The position numbers were made by a program, and so were the translations under genes. 57,596 bases of DNA from Sarea resinae. Taxonomy: Eukaryota. Positions 1 to 14,054 of this stretch are shown here, piece by piece (the stretch's first letter is position 1; the number at the start of each line of letters is the position of its first letter). The notes below the pieces were generated by a model. That model saw nothing but the letters and a program-made list of their open reading frames with translations. It made no database searches and was not told the DNA's origin. The stretch lies in contig JAPEUD010000052.1 in assembly GCA_026026165.1 (NCBI GenBank), positions 124,001 through 181,596 on the forward strand. Reading direction: 5' to 3'.

Positions 1-1302
1 ACATGAGCTTTGGGATAGCAGACTGTTCAATTATGCAAATCATGAGGTGTTGAGATTTTTGTTGAGTAATCTGCGCTTCTGGATGGACGAATACCAGTTC
101 GACGGGTTCAGATTTGACGGTGTGACGAGTATGCTATACAAACACCATGGTATTGGAACGTGAGTCCTCGCCTCTTCCAAACAATCGACCCTGTTGCTGA
201 TTACTTTAGTGGATTCTCCGGTGGCTATCACGAGTATTTTGGCGAGAATGTCGACGAAGATGGTGTAGCCTACCTCATGCTTGCAAATGAGATGCTGCAC
301 CAGCTTTACCCTGATGCAATCACAATTGCCGAAGATGTGTCGGGCATGCCAGCACTGTGTCTTCCGTTGAAGATAGGAGGTGTAGGTTTCGACTACAGAC
401 TCGCGATGGCCATTCCAGACATGTATATCAAGTGGTTGAAAGAGAAGGAAGATGCGGAATGGGACATGGGGGCTCTATGCTTCACGTTGACCAATCGGCG
501 GCATGGTGAAAAGACTGTCGCATACGCCGAAAGTCATGACCAAGCGTAAGTCAACTGAGCACGATCGAGCAACCTCACTGACAGCATTGCAGGCTGGTTG
601 GCGACAAATCGCTGCTGATGTGGCTCTGTGATAAAGAGCTGTACACTCACATGTCTACCCTGACCGAATTCACCCCAGTCATTGAGCGTGGACTGAGTCT
701 GCATAAGATGATCAGATTGATCACCCATGGTCTTGGAGGAGAAGGGTACCTGAATTTTGAGGGCAATGAATTCGGCCATCCAGAATGGCTGGATTTCCCG
801 CGAGAAGGTAATGACAACAGCTTCTGGTATGCCCGGCGACAATTCAATCTAGCGGATGATCCTCTGCTCCGTTATAAGTTCCTCAACGAGTTCGATAGCA
901 AGATGCAATGGACGGAAGAGAAATACGGCTGGCTTCATTCTCCACAAGCCTACGTCAGTCTGAAGCACGAAGGAGACAAGGTCATCGTCTTCGAGCGGGC
1001 TGGTCTTTTGTGGATCTTCAACTTCCACCCAACCCAGAGCTATGCCGACTACCGCGTTGGCGTCGAGCAAGCTGGCACGTACAAAATTGCTTTGAATACT
1101 GACAGTCCCGAGTATGGCGGGCTTGGAAGAATCGATCAGGGAACGCGGTGCTTCACGACTCCTTCCGAATGGAATGGGAGGAAGAACTACACTCAAGTTT
1201 ACATTCCCACAAGATCCGCAATCGTGAGTTGCACCGATCGCATCATCACCGTGTGAATGGCTACTGACTACTTCAATACCACAGGTGCTTGCCTTGGAGT
1301 AA
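1..1302 (+). CDS. GLC3: 1,4-alpha-glucan (glycogen) branching enzyme, GH13; 5' part lies outside the window
   Basis: Motifs [34 protein letters not shown] and [19 protein letters not shown]. Introns 160-209, 546-592 and 1224-1284. Last exon VLALE-TAA ends at 1302. Confidence 0.96.
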
Positions 1303-1737
1303 AGCAGATCGAGAAGCTTTCGAGGGGTGACGAGGCCCGCACTGAATGTCCCCACAAGATGTCGATACCCTGATATAGGAAGTCGATATGATTCCTTGAC
1401 CTTCGTCATATGCGCATGTCATTGCAAGTAAGCGTAGTAGTTTTGTCTGAGGAATTTCCATGGATGTATTTAGCAATAGAGGTTCCTGTTCTGTCTGTTC
1501 TGTCTCCACCATGATCCGAGATGAGTCGAGTAAGGTAGCATCAATCATTCTAGCCCTAGACCGTCAGGTAAGGTACTCATAGTACGTGACGTCTTAAATC
1601 GTGACGGGCGACGGAACAAGTACTCCGAGTACTGTGCGGTACCTCAATAGCCTCGGGTGTGGGACAGCTGTTCAGTTACCGGGCTTAGTCATCGGGCGAG
1701 CGAATCGCCCCTTTGCGTTAGCGACCGAGCCCAAGTG

Positions 1738-1749
1738 CAGCCAATGGCG
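1738..1749 (+). promoter_or_regulatory. CCAAT box (CAGCCAATGGCG) upstream of ATP2, putative HAP/CBC site
   Basis: CCAAT lies ~135 bp upstream of the ATP2 ATG. Respiratory genes are typical targets of the CCAAT-binding complex. Confidence 0.4.
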
Positions 1750-1876
1750 GGAGAGCAGCCCTTGACCTCCCCCAAGGAAGAACCTCATCTCTTTCTTTCC
1801 TCCGTCTCACGAACTCCATCTCATCCTCTACACCCTCTCCACTCCCATCATCCATCGCTCTTCAACATCCATCACC

Positions 1877-3962
<2,086 letters not shown>

Positions 3963-4375
3963 TGATAAATCTACGAGGGGAGTGGTTTGGCGATTGGTGG
4001 GGAAATCTGTAAAACTATCAAGACATCCTAGCATCCGAACCTCCTTTGCTTCTGTATTCTCCACATTGTCCGTACTTGCTCGTTGCCTTGGCCAAGGAAA
4101 AGAATAGTTTTTGAGACACCCTCTACTCGCAGAGTACATCTTCCCCACGTGACTTTTGTGTTTTGTGTACTGCGCAGTACTGCATATGAGCCTGGTGATT
4201 GTTGGTGATGATTGCTTTCAATATCAGCGAAATGGCGAGATGTCTAAAGTTCTGTGGAGTAGGCAGGATATCGTAGAATGCAACCAGATGGACGCTTTAT
4301 CTTATTACCTACTTGATGTTGGTAGTGGAACATTTGTCTCTGGTGGCGGTGATAGAGATCGAAAGAGGTCGATAG

Positions 4376-4410
4376 ACTCGCGTCGCGCTCGCGAGTAATC
4401 AGGTCGCGTC
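4376..4410. promoter_or_regulatory. Cluster of CGCG (MCB-like) elements upstream of CTF4
   Basis: ACTCGCG-TCGCGCT-CGCGAGT (inverted arms) plus GGTCGCGTC give four CGCG cores 110-145 bp upstream of a DNA replication gene. This fits MBF/G1-S regulation. Confidence 0.5.
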
Positions 4411-4521
4411 TCCCAAACCGGCCGAGTATCGATCAATCAGCGAGAGACCACTCAGACACAACAGAGCTGATGATCGACACCCACAACGCTGAGTCTCGGG
4501 ATCCCACTCGACCAGAAAACA

Positions 4522-6817
4522 ATGGCAGCTGTTTCACAGCATCGAGTACGCGGCCGGCCGGCTCGTATGTATTCAGAAGCTCTCATGTGGACTATGTGCG
4601 CGCTGACCTGGAGTATCAAGATACGCCGGGGCCAACCTTTCTCTCCTACACCCCAAACGGTAGACGATTGATCACGGCTGGATCAAATGATTCCATTCGA
4701 ATATATACCACTGGCTCTGTTGGTGAGCCTGCAAACATCGACGATTGCCAGGAATCAAACACTGCGGTAGTGGCCTCGGTGGGTACTGTGGGCACATCGA
4801 TGCTGTTGCAATGCTAAACAACATCTAGAATGACTTCTTCATCACCGGTTCCGAAGATGGCACGGTCTGCATGTACTCATTGCAAACCAAATCCTTAGAC
4901 AAGATTCTCGTGCGCTGCACGTTGCCAGTCCGCGATGTGGTGTTGTCCCCTGACGGCCAATGGGCCGCCGTCGCCAGCGAGTAAGCTACAACTCCCAACC
5001 ACGGAAGGCACAGGGCTGACGATCTCCAGCGAGCTCGTCGTCAAGGTCGTCAACACGGAAGACATGAACCGAGTTCTATACTTGCGCGAGCAGGCCAAGC
5101 CGGTCAAGCACCTGTCGTTCCATCCCAATGGTTCATACATAGCAGTGTCTTGCGCAGACGGCAAAGTCTATATTTACTCGCTGAGCAAAGAGGAGCCCGA
5201 GCTGGTGAAGAAAGTAGATGGACTTATAAGAGCCTTGGAGACGGACGTCGAGGCAAGCTCTAAGGTTGTGTGGCACCCGGATGGCAGGGCTTTTGCTGCC
5301 CCTACGAATACTCGAGGTATGCTGGCCGTGGAAAGAGACTGTAATCAGACGCTAATGTAGTTGGACAGATATTCAGGTCATGTCTTGGAGTGACTGGGAG
5401 AGACAGCGGGCATTTGCAAGTGGACACACCGGGGACATTACTGCTCTGGCCTGGTCTCCGAATGGCGCGCTACTTGCGAGCGCCGGCGCTGATAGGAAAG
5501 TGCTCCTATGGGATACGAAAACACAGACCATCATCGCAAGGTAAAGGCCATTCTTTTTGCTGTAAAATTCATGCTGACCTCTGGGTGAGATATGATTATG
5601 CAAACGTGATGGCACTCGCTTGGCATCCGACAGATAATATCCTTTCCTTTACCAATTCCGACGGAGAATTATTCATATACACAGACTTTGTGCCCACAAC
5701 ATCCGTGTCTTTGCTCGAGAAGACTCTCCAGCCCGCACCATTTATTCATGACCCGCTCGCAGAAGCATCCGCGAATATGCGGCGGCCTATCTCGGACGGC
5801 GTCAAAGATGTCTCTGATATTCGACGGGCTCGAAGGGGCACACCAGACTCGTTGGATGACATCCTGGGCTCCGATGCCATGGATGATGGGGACGAATTTC
5901 TCGAGGACGACGACGGAGCAGGCTATGCGGAGATGAGCGGACTCAGAAAGCGAACCATCGAGGATCTGGATGGACCAGAAGAGCCCAACGGGAAGCGGAG
6001 GGTAGTTCATGAGACTTTCCGGCCGAAACGGCATGCTCCATTCCAGCCGGGGAGTACACCGTGGCGAGGCAACCGCAAATACCTCTGTGAGTCTCTGTTT
6101 ACATCAACGCTTTTGATTGATGGGCTGATGGCCGTCTAGGTCTCAACATGACAGGATCAGTGTGGACGGTCGATCAAGAGACGCATAACACGGTGACGGT
6201 CGAGTTTTATGACCGGGAATATCACCGAGACTTTCACTTTACAGATCCCTACTTTTACGACAAGGCTTGCTTAAGTAAGTCGATCTATCAGTTTTCTAAT
6301 CTTTGTGCTGACACCACACAGACGAGGAAGGCACACTTTTCTCCTGCCCGCCCCTGAATGGGAGCCCGGCAATGATATTCTACCGCCCTCACGAGACCTG
6401 GACCACCCGAGCAGACTGGCGCACCCAGCTGCCCGAAGGCGAAGATATAACGTGTGAGTCCCTCTGCCATGTATCAGTATTCTCAATCTGACATTCCTCA
6501 GCGATTGCCCTCAGCAATTCTTATATCGTAGTAACAACATCGACCAATTACGTCCGCATCTTCACCCTTTACGGCACGCCGTTCCGCCTGTACCGGCAGA
6601 AAAGCTCCTCTACCGTCACCTGTGCCGCATGGCGCGACTACGTCCTCACCATGGGAAATGGGCCGGTAGGAGCTGACGGGAAATGCACCCTGACGTACTC
6701 GATTGAGAACGTGAAACGCGACGAGGTGTGCCAGAGCGAGGACGTAGTCGCGTTGCCGCCGGGTGGTGAAGTCAGAAATGTCTTTTTCAGCGATGACGGG
6801 GTAGGTTATTCATCCAC

Positions 6818-6855
<38 letters not shown>

Positions 6856-7734
6856 TTTTACATATCATCTCACCCTCATTCTCATTCGCCCATCACCCAC
6901 TTCGGAGAACGGGGCGATCTGACGGATCCACAACAGGACCCACACATCTACGACTCGTCGGGCACGCTCCTTGTGCTCGTGCACTGGCGCAGCCCACAGC
7001 AAGCACACTGGGTGCCCCTGCTCGACACGCGGCAGCTGGCGCGTCTGGCCTCGGGCCGCCACCAGGAATCATACTTTGCCGTCGGCGTCGCCGGCGGCCG
7101 GTTCCAGTGTTTCATCCTCAAGGGCGTCGCCGAGCGGTATCCGTATTTCCCGCGGCCGCTCTTGAGCGAGTTCGAGTTCCGCATGCCCATCTCGTCGGCG
7201 CCTAAGAAGAGGAGGAGAGGGAAATCCGGCGCCGGGGATGCTGATGCCCCTGACAACGACAATGTCGACGGCCATGATGACGACGACGACGATGACGACG
7301 GTGAACGGGGCGGAAGCAATGGTGCCAGCGGTCCGACCGACCAGCTCGAAACCACCCGTCTCGAGACCTCCTTCCTGCACGCCTCACTCCGGCACGCCCT
7401 CCTCTCAGACCTCTCGACCGCCTCGCACGTGCCGGCCTCGAGCCTCAGCACCGCCGAGCTCGAGATCGATAAGACGCTCCTCCAGCTCCTGGCGCTGGCA
7501 TGTCGTGGCTCCTCGTCGGCGGCGGTGTCGGTGTCGGCCGAGTCGGCGGGGCCCAAGGCCCTCGAGCTGGTCAAGCTGATGCGCGATCGGTCGGGGCGCA
7601 TGGTCGAGGCCGCGGGCAGGGTGGTCGAGCGGTTTGGGTCCGGCGAGGCGCTGGCGGAGCGGATCAGGGAGGTCGGCGAGGCTTGGTTGAGGGGCGACGA
7701 GGTCGAGGGCGACGAGGGCGATGAGTTGAGTTGA
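4522..7734 (+). CDS. CTF4: Ctf4/Mcl1/SepB (AND-1) replisome hub protein, WD40 plus SepB domain
   Basis: N-terminal WD40 repeats (AHTPGPTFLSYTPNG, VVWHPDGRAFA, LAWHPTDN). SepB motifs PFQPGSTPWRGNRKYLC, NTVTVEFYDRE, WVPLLDT and YPYFPRPLLSEF. Introns 4566-4620, 4779-4828, 4981-5029, 5317-5368, 5541-5589, 6087-6139, 6275-6321, 6454-6501 and 6801-6936. Confidence 0.93.
6822..6852. repeat. (CT)n microsatellite in the last CTF4 intron
   Basis: Uninterrupted CT run inside the 136-nt intron 6801-6936. Confidence 0.9.
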
Positions 7735-8210
7735 GTTGAGTTGAGTTGAGTAGAGTAGAGTTGAGTTTGACGTTCTGAGTCGGGCGGCATCTTGATGATA
7801 GATAGATAGACTAATAGATGGAGAATCCAGCTTTCCACCTTTCCACCTTTCCACCTGTCCCGCCCCCCCCCTCTCTCTCTCTCTCTTTCTCGCCCCATCC
7901 CGCACCACACCACACCGCACCGCACCGCACCGCATCCTCTCTCTCTTCCCCTCCCTCCGCACCACCCCCCCTTTTTTTTCCCTTTCAAATTGTTTCTTTC
8001 TCTTTTTTTTCCGGTCTTGCTTTTCGATAATGAGTGAATTCGTGACTGAATGAGTAAGTGAATTCGTGAGGGAGGAAGGGAGGGAGGGAGAGAAGGAGTG
8101 AGTGAGTGCTTTGGATTAGCTGTTCTATATATATACTTGTATACACATACGAACATACACACATATACACATACACATGCATACACATACACAGAGACTG
8201 AGAAGAGACA

Positions 8211-8246
<36 letters not shown>

Positions 8247-8629
8247 AGAGCCCAACGCCGTTGTTATCATCGAGCGTCATGCCTACCTTAGCTATACCAT
8301 TATACCATCCTCTCCTATCCTATACCAGCCTATCCTATACCTGGCTATACTATCCTATCCTATACCATTATACCATACTATACTATTTATTATACTATAC
8401 AGAAAAACAAGAAAGGAAGGAGGAAGCTCCCTAGACTACAGCAGAGCAGAGTATGGAGAGCAGGGCAGACTAGAGCAGAGAGAAGTAGAGGAGAGTAGAG
8501 GAGAGAAATATGTTCCAACGAAAGAGAAGCGATGCCCACCCACACACACGCCCATGCAGGCCCAGGCCCAGGCTCAGACCCAGACCCAGACTCATATCTT
8601 ATCTCCGCCCCTGGCCCTGGCCCTGGCCC
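7722..8629. repeat. Microsatellite/low-complexity intergenic island between convergent CTF4 and MMU163-like genes
   Basis: (TGAGT)n, (GATA)n, (CT)n, (CACCG)n, (TACA)n, (GAGACC)n, TATCC/TATAC-type, AGTAG-type and (CCCTGG)n runs. Confidence 0.9.
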
Positions 8630-9927
8630 TCACCCTCGCCTTCGCCCTGATCCTGGACCCCCCCAGACACCATGATTTGTATGAGCAGGCGCACCGGCAC
8701 CGGCACCGGCGCAAAAAGCCCAGCCCATCTCCTCGCCCTCGCGCGCGTGCCGCCACCGCGCCCGGCCCAGCAGCCAATCCGTCACGCTGACCACGGCGCC
8801 CATGCGATCGTGGTCCGAGCCGTCGCGCCGCTCGGCGTGCTCGATGGTGTGCGTGGCGATGCGGCCGTCGCCGTCAAAGGTGAAGATGAAGAGGCCGGTG
8901 AATTCGTTGTCTTTGTCTTTTTTCGCCGACGACTCCGACGATGAAGAAGAGGTCGAGTGGAGGAGGGACGTCAGCGGCGAGGTGGGCGATGAGGATGTGA
9001 AAGTGTCTGTGGCCGAGGACGACGACGACGACGACGAGGACGAGGACGCGCACGTCTTCCATCTCACGAGCAATTTCTCGTTGCCCGTCGCCGCCGTCGT
9101 CGTCGTCGTCGCGCCATCTGCCCCTCCCAGGCCCTCGTTCCCGCTCCCCGCATCGCCCGTCGAAGAGGCACTCGCCGAGTCGGCCGACTTGAACATGCGC
9201 TCCGACACGATCTGCAATCGGACGTTGCCGACGATCGGCACGCGACCCCAGGCTACGGGCGCCGTCCAGAGTGCCGCCGTGTAGGCGACGCGGCCGGTGA
9301 CGGTAGGCAGGTGTGGATGCGTAGACGGAAAGAGGTGGAGCGAGATGTGCGGGGAGAGGATCTCTTGTGGTAAGGGAGAGGCGAGGAGAGTTGGGAGGCG
9401 CGTATGGAGGATCCGGATGGCTGGCAAGAAACGGGATATGTTAGCTGGTGTTGCGTGCTGTTGCTGTTGATGATGATGATGATGATGTAATTGAAGGACA
9501 AGAAGAGAAAAACGGATGAGATGAACCTACTTTTCCCCAGCTTCAACGTCCGCTCATCAGGCGCCTTATGCTCCCCGTCTTCCCCCCTCCCGCTCGAGAC
9601 ATTTGACACGGGCGGCGAGCTGTTGAACCAGATCGGCGGAATGCCCGCGGGCCGGCTATGATCCCCTCGTGCACCATTTGCTAAACCCGAACGAGTGCTC
9701 GGGCCTGAAGCGTGGCGACGTTGAGAGTGATATCGAGAGCATTTCTGCAATGGTGATGGTGATGATGGTGATGATGGTGATGATGATGGTGATGATGAGG
9801 GTGCAAAGAGTACCGTGGCAGCCGAGGCAGAAGGCCTCACTGGATGGCCATGGCTCGAGACAAGGGAGCGGATGTGCAGGTGGAGGTGGAGGTTGCGGGG
9901 ACGCGTGAGGGTCGATGGGGGGATCAT
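8630..9927 (-). CDS. Conserved fungal protein resembling the MMU163 (mitochondrial, up-regulated in meiosis) family
   Basis: Exon 1 9927-9531, intron 9530-9421, exon 2 9420-8630. Conserved blocks PDERTLKLGKTIRILHTRLPTLLASPLPQEILSPHISLHLFPSTHPHLP, EKLLVRWKT and EFTGLFIFTFDGDGRIATHTIE. Arg/Ser-rich presequence-like N-terminus. Confidence 0.75.
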
Positions 9928-10430
9928 CGAAATGAATCACGGATTGCAATTTCGCGGGGAAGATATTATCATTACATTGGAGAAGGTGGAGTAGGAGCCG
10001 GCGATCGAGGATGAAGGTGGAAAGTTTGGGGAAGTTTATCGATTGTACGAGGACAGTATGGGGTTACGTAGTGTCGGATCGGACGTCGGTTCCGATGCGC
10101 CGAGGTTGCCGAGTCTTACGGACGGGAGTACTTGAACCACACTCACCATGAACATCAAGAGGAGAGTATAGATCCTTATATCGTCAAATGTGAAATTGCT
10201 ATCCTCGGCCAAATCCGATCAGACCAGATCAGATCAGATCGGAGCCTGTCCACCCATAGATCCAGACATAGCCAACAAGAAGTAGACAGAAATGAAACAC
10301 CTCCGTATGCCATTCGCTGAAGACGTGAAACCGGGAGCGACAAAAAGGGGAAACCAACAAGAAGACGCACGCATCGTCGAGGCGAACCTCAGCCAACCTT
10401 CCATCCTGGGCGTAGACAGCAGCCACTGTC

Positions 10431-12973
10431 CTATACAACTTCTCTGACATCTCCACCTCCACCTCCACCTGCACCTCCAAACAACCATCCAGCCTCGATA
10501 CAATATCTGGCCTCACCCCGGCCCCGCGCCCCGGTCTCACTCCCCCAGCACACCACCGACGCATCAACAATGCCACCCAAGACCCCCTCCATGGCACCCA
10601 GCACACCCCAGCCGATTGCGGCGGCAATCAACCCAACCACATAGGCGTAGAGAGATCCCTTGACGCCGGCACCAGCCCCTTCGATCGTGATCATCCTGGC
10701 GGTACTGACCCAGCCACCGAAGCCGAGAGCCATGGCCATGATGACTCGGGTCGCGTGGAGAAGAAGCTTCGCGAGGCGATACGGCAGGAGTGGCGGTGTG
10801 ACGGGAGACGAAAAGGTACGAGGATGCAGTGTCGTAGTCGGGGAAGTCGGCGCGAGGAACGACATTTGGGAGAGGCCGCGAGAGGAGGTGCCCAGGGGTT
10901 GAGAGTGAATGGCGGCATAGGTAAGGGTCAAGGGATTGGTCAAGGCAGCAATGGGCGTCGGGATGAGGGAGTAGGCGCACAGGCCAATGAAGCCGATGAC
11001 GCGTCGGGGGAGCACGAGCAGAGGAAGACGAACAAGAAGGGACAAGAACGTTGAAAAGCAGATGGTGCCGAAGAGCGTGCTGGTGGCGTGGCCGAAAGCC
11101 GCTTGAACGACCTGTTGAGACGTCGGAGCGGGAACAGCCAAGCGGTGAAAGTACCATTGACTGACCGTGGCTGCGGTGGTAGCCCGTTGGATGCCAGACC
11201 CGACGGCCAAGGTCCAGAGGTAGACGAGCACGAAGAAAATGCCGAGCCACCACGTTCCGGCATTGATGATGAAGATATGCCTGGACGAGGAGAGATGTCC
11301 ACCGAGGAAGACGCGGGCGAACATGCCCATCCACATCCAGGTCCAGACCACCACGCCGGCCAACGTCGCGAAGCCGAGAACAAGAAGCGCGGGATTCGCC
11401 GCAAGGATACGACATGCAAACTCAAGGATGCCAATGGCTTTGCCAAAAGAATGCCGGCCTCGGTAGACGGTGTACATCCACAACGCTGCGAGGACCGCCG
11501 GTATAAAGGAAAACCAACGCATCGCTCGGTCTTGAAAACTGGCGCCATCCCATGGGCCCTTGTAACTGGACACCAGGGGGTATAGAGAAAACGAAAAGAG
11601 GATGACAGGGACAGCGATCAAGATCAGGTAGACCAGTGGCCTGACGAATGAACGCAGAATTGCCAGCCATAAGAGCGAGACGATGACGGCGACGAGGGTA
11701 TCGGTTGCGAGCAGGTGATATGAGGAATGCAGTGTTGTGTAGATGGTGTCGCCGAGCCGATGCTTACGGTCTGGTGGGGTCGTGTGCAGGTAGACGAGGA
11801 AAAAGGTCGCGAAGAGGGAGATGAGGCTGATGAGGTAGAGGGAGCCCCAGAATTGGTCATGACGAGGAGGTTCTGCAACGGGATAAGAGATCGTTGGAGG
11901 GACCTATTTAGATTAGCTTGGCTGGTAGAGACGAGGAAGAGAAACATACGCTCGAACCGTCAGAACTGGGTGGCCGAGGCCGAGCAAACGCGATCTCTGG
12001 GTCGGTCTCTCGTGGCATGAAAGAAGCGTCCATCGGGAACCTGGATTTGGCGTCGGGAGGTTGTCGGCGAAATTGCTGAAATGCGGGAGGGTCGTCGTCT
12101 TGGGGCATCTCGACGGCCAAGTCTTCAGGTGGATGCTTTGATCTTGTGTTAGAAGGACGGCCAGATGCGGCAAAGGTAGGAAGCTTACAGAATCGCCCAT
12201 CTCCAAGGCTTCCACACTTCCTCGCACCGTAGACTCGAGGCCAACATCAACCATCTTGCCCTTGCCTCGACTCGTAGTGCTTTCTTCGTCATCCGTGGCC
12301 ACTTCTTCACGCTCGTCGACCGCATCGACGCCTCGCCCTCGCCCTCGCCCACTAGCTTTGCCACCGCGCCACGAGCTCTTGATCCCACCACGGCCCAGGC
12401 CTCTTTCGTCAAGCGCTCTGCCATCATGGTCTCCGCTTCGGTCCACGTCGGACCCTCTGCTGGCATCATCTTCTACTTCGGAAGATTCCTCCAAATGACG
12501 ACTACCTCCAAACTGCCTGCGCGAGCGTTGCAGCGCATAGAAATCGGCCACTTCTCGTTCGTGTTCCTCCTCGTCGTCCTCTTCTCGGAACTCGTCCGTG
12601 GCGCTGTAGAAGAGAGGCGCCGGCGCCGCAGAAGCTCTCGACGCAAAGGGAAACGGGGAGATCTGCGAGCTCGCCGTCTGGTAGGGATTGCCTAACGTCG
12701 GCCGCTGAAGATACGACCGCGAGCTGGCGTAGCGACCGGGCCCGGCATTCGGACGGCGTTGTCGGTCGGGCGGGTTCCGCGACGAGTCATTGTCGGTCTC
12801 TGGCTGACGAAAGGAGATGCGCGACTGCGACTGGGCTAGGAAACGAGAGGCATCTGGCGAGAAGGTGTAAATAAGATCGTTCCAGGTCAACATGATGCGG
12901 GCAGAGCGGAACCAAGTCCAGCAGCGGCGGCAGCAGCATGAAAGGGAAGAAGGAGCTTACATTCCGAGAACAT
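10431..12973 (-). CDS. Choline transporter-like (CTL/Pns1 family, ctl1-type) multi-pass membrane protein
   Basis: Starts MFSEYASRFLAQSQSR via a 13-nt first exon. Introns 12960-12854, 12188-12136 and 11949-11904. Motifs PLFYSATDEFREEDDEEEHEREVADFYALQRSRR and GIQRATTAATVSQWYFHR, with many TM segments. Confidence 0.85.
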
Positions 12974-13118
12974 CTCGCTCGCACTCTCGCAAGCATACAC
13001 ACCGTCTCACACGGACGGCTTAAATCCTCTGCCCAGGGAGCTCTCGTTGTTGTTCTCCCGTCTCAGAGTTGCGATGGTGACGTGACCGGCGATAAGGATA
13101 ATGAGAGGGCGGTAAGGC

Positions 13119-13120
<2 letters not shown>

Positions 13121-13150
<30 letters not shown>
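13121..13150. repeat. (CAG)10 microsatellite
   Basis: Perfect CAG run upstream of the CTL gene. Confidence 0.9.
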
Positions 13151-13151
<1 letters not shown>

Positions 13152-13940
13152 TGACATGCACCATGAGCTTTGTGACCGAGGCGGAGATGGTTTGATTGGA
13201 GAGGGAATGGATAGGTCGAGGCAAGGTCTGTCTTGGATGATTGGGAGAAGAGAAGAAGAAAGGAGGAAAAGGTGTAGATGTTGGATAGATAGGGCGAAGA
13301 TGGTAGGATCACAAGGAGAGAGAGAGAGAGAGAGAGAGAGAGGTCGAGTGGGTCAGTGGGCGAGTGAGTAAGTGAGGAAGTGACTGAACAAGGTACCTGG
13401 GGGCCGTGGGAGGTATGGGGGACCGGCAAGATACACCATTCTCAAGGCTGGAGACTTGCCAGATGCACGGTCAAATGCTGTGGAAGAGAGGTACCGTCCC
13501 AGTAGCGCCTGGTGCCTTGGACCTCGGCAGGTGTCGCATGCGGTCCAGCCACCAGTGATGAGCTCGTAATCGATGGATGACAATCGCGGATGACATGGGA
13601 CGGATATCAGGCTCCCCCGTCACCGGTTGACTCGAGATCAATTGATATTCACGTTGAGATTCATGTTCACGTCGTGCCCTCGGATACGACTGCCATTTCT
13701 GTTCCTCTCTTGTTCATTCCGGAGCATCACGACAGTTCCATCCATCTCTTATCAGCGAACAGCGAACAGCGAACAGCTCTCAGCCACTAGGGAAGACGGC
13801 GGCTTTGGAGAGGCTACGGTGGCCTGCACCCCCTCCTCGTGCAGCAGAGTGACGTGCATTATTCTCTCTCTTCGACCTGCTCTGTAAACACACCACCAAT
13901 CTCTCTGCACCGAAAGCAACAATCCTCCTTCACAGCTGCC

Positions 13941-13988
13941 CACGGCTCTCCACAGCTCTCCACAGCTCTCCACAGCTCTCCACAACTC
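13941..13988. repeat. 10-bp tandem repeat (CACAGCTCTC), ~4.8 copies, upstream of the Rab ATG
   Basis: cacggctctc cacagctctc cacagctctc cacagctctc cacaactc. Confidence 0.85.
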
Positions 13989-14054
13989 ATCGGCGCCGTC
14001 CAAACATCAAAGACTCGCAGCCGCACTTCCCTCCGCGCCGTCTCGAGAGGACTG

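Noticed and set aside
6948..8790. Long ORFs 6948-8270(-), 7405-7965(-) and 8098-8790(+)
   Set aside because: They are antisense shadows of the GC-rich CTF4 exon plus translated microsatellites (LGLGLG, RERERE, STQLN).
13941..13988. Short direct repeats as a CRISPR-like array
   Set aside because: Head-to-tail tandem units without spacers in a eukaryotic genome.
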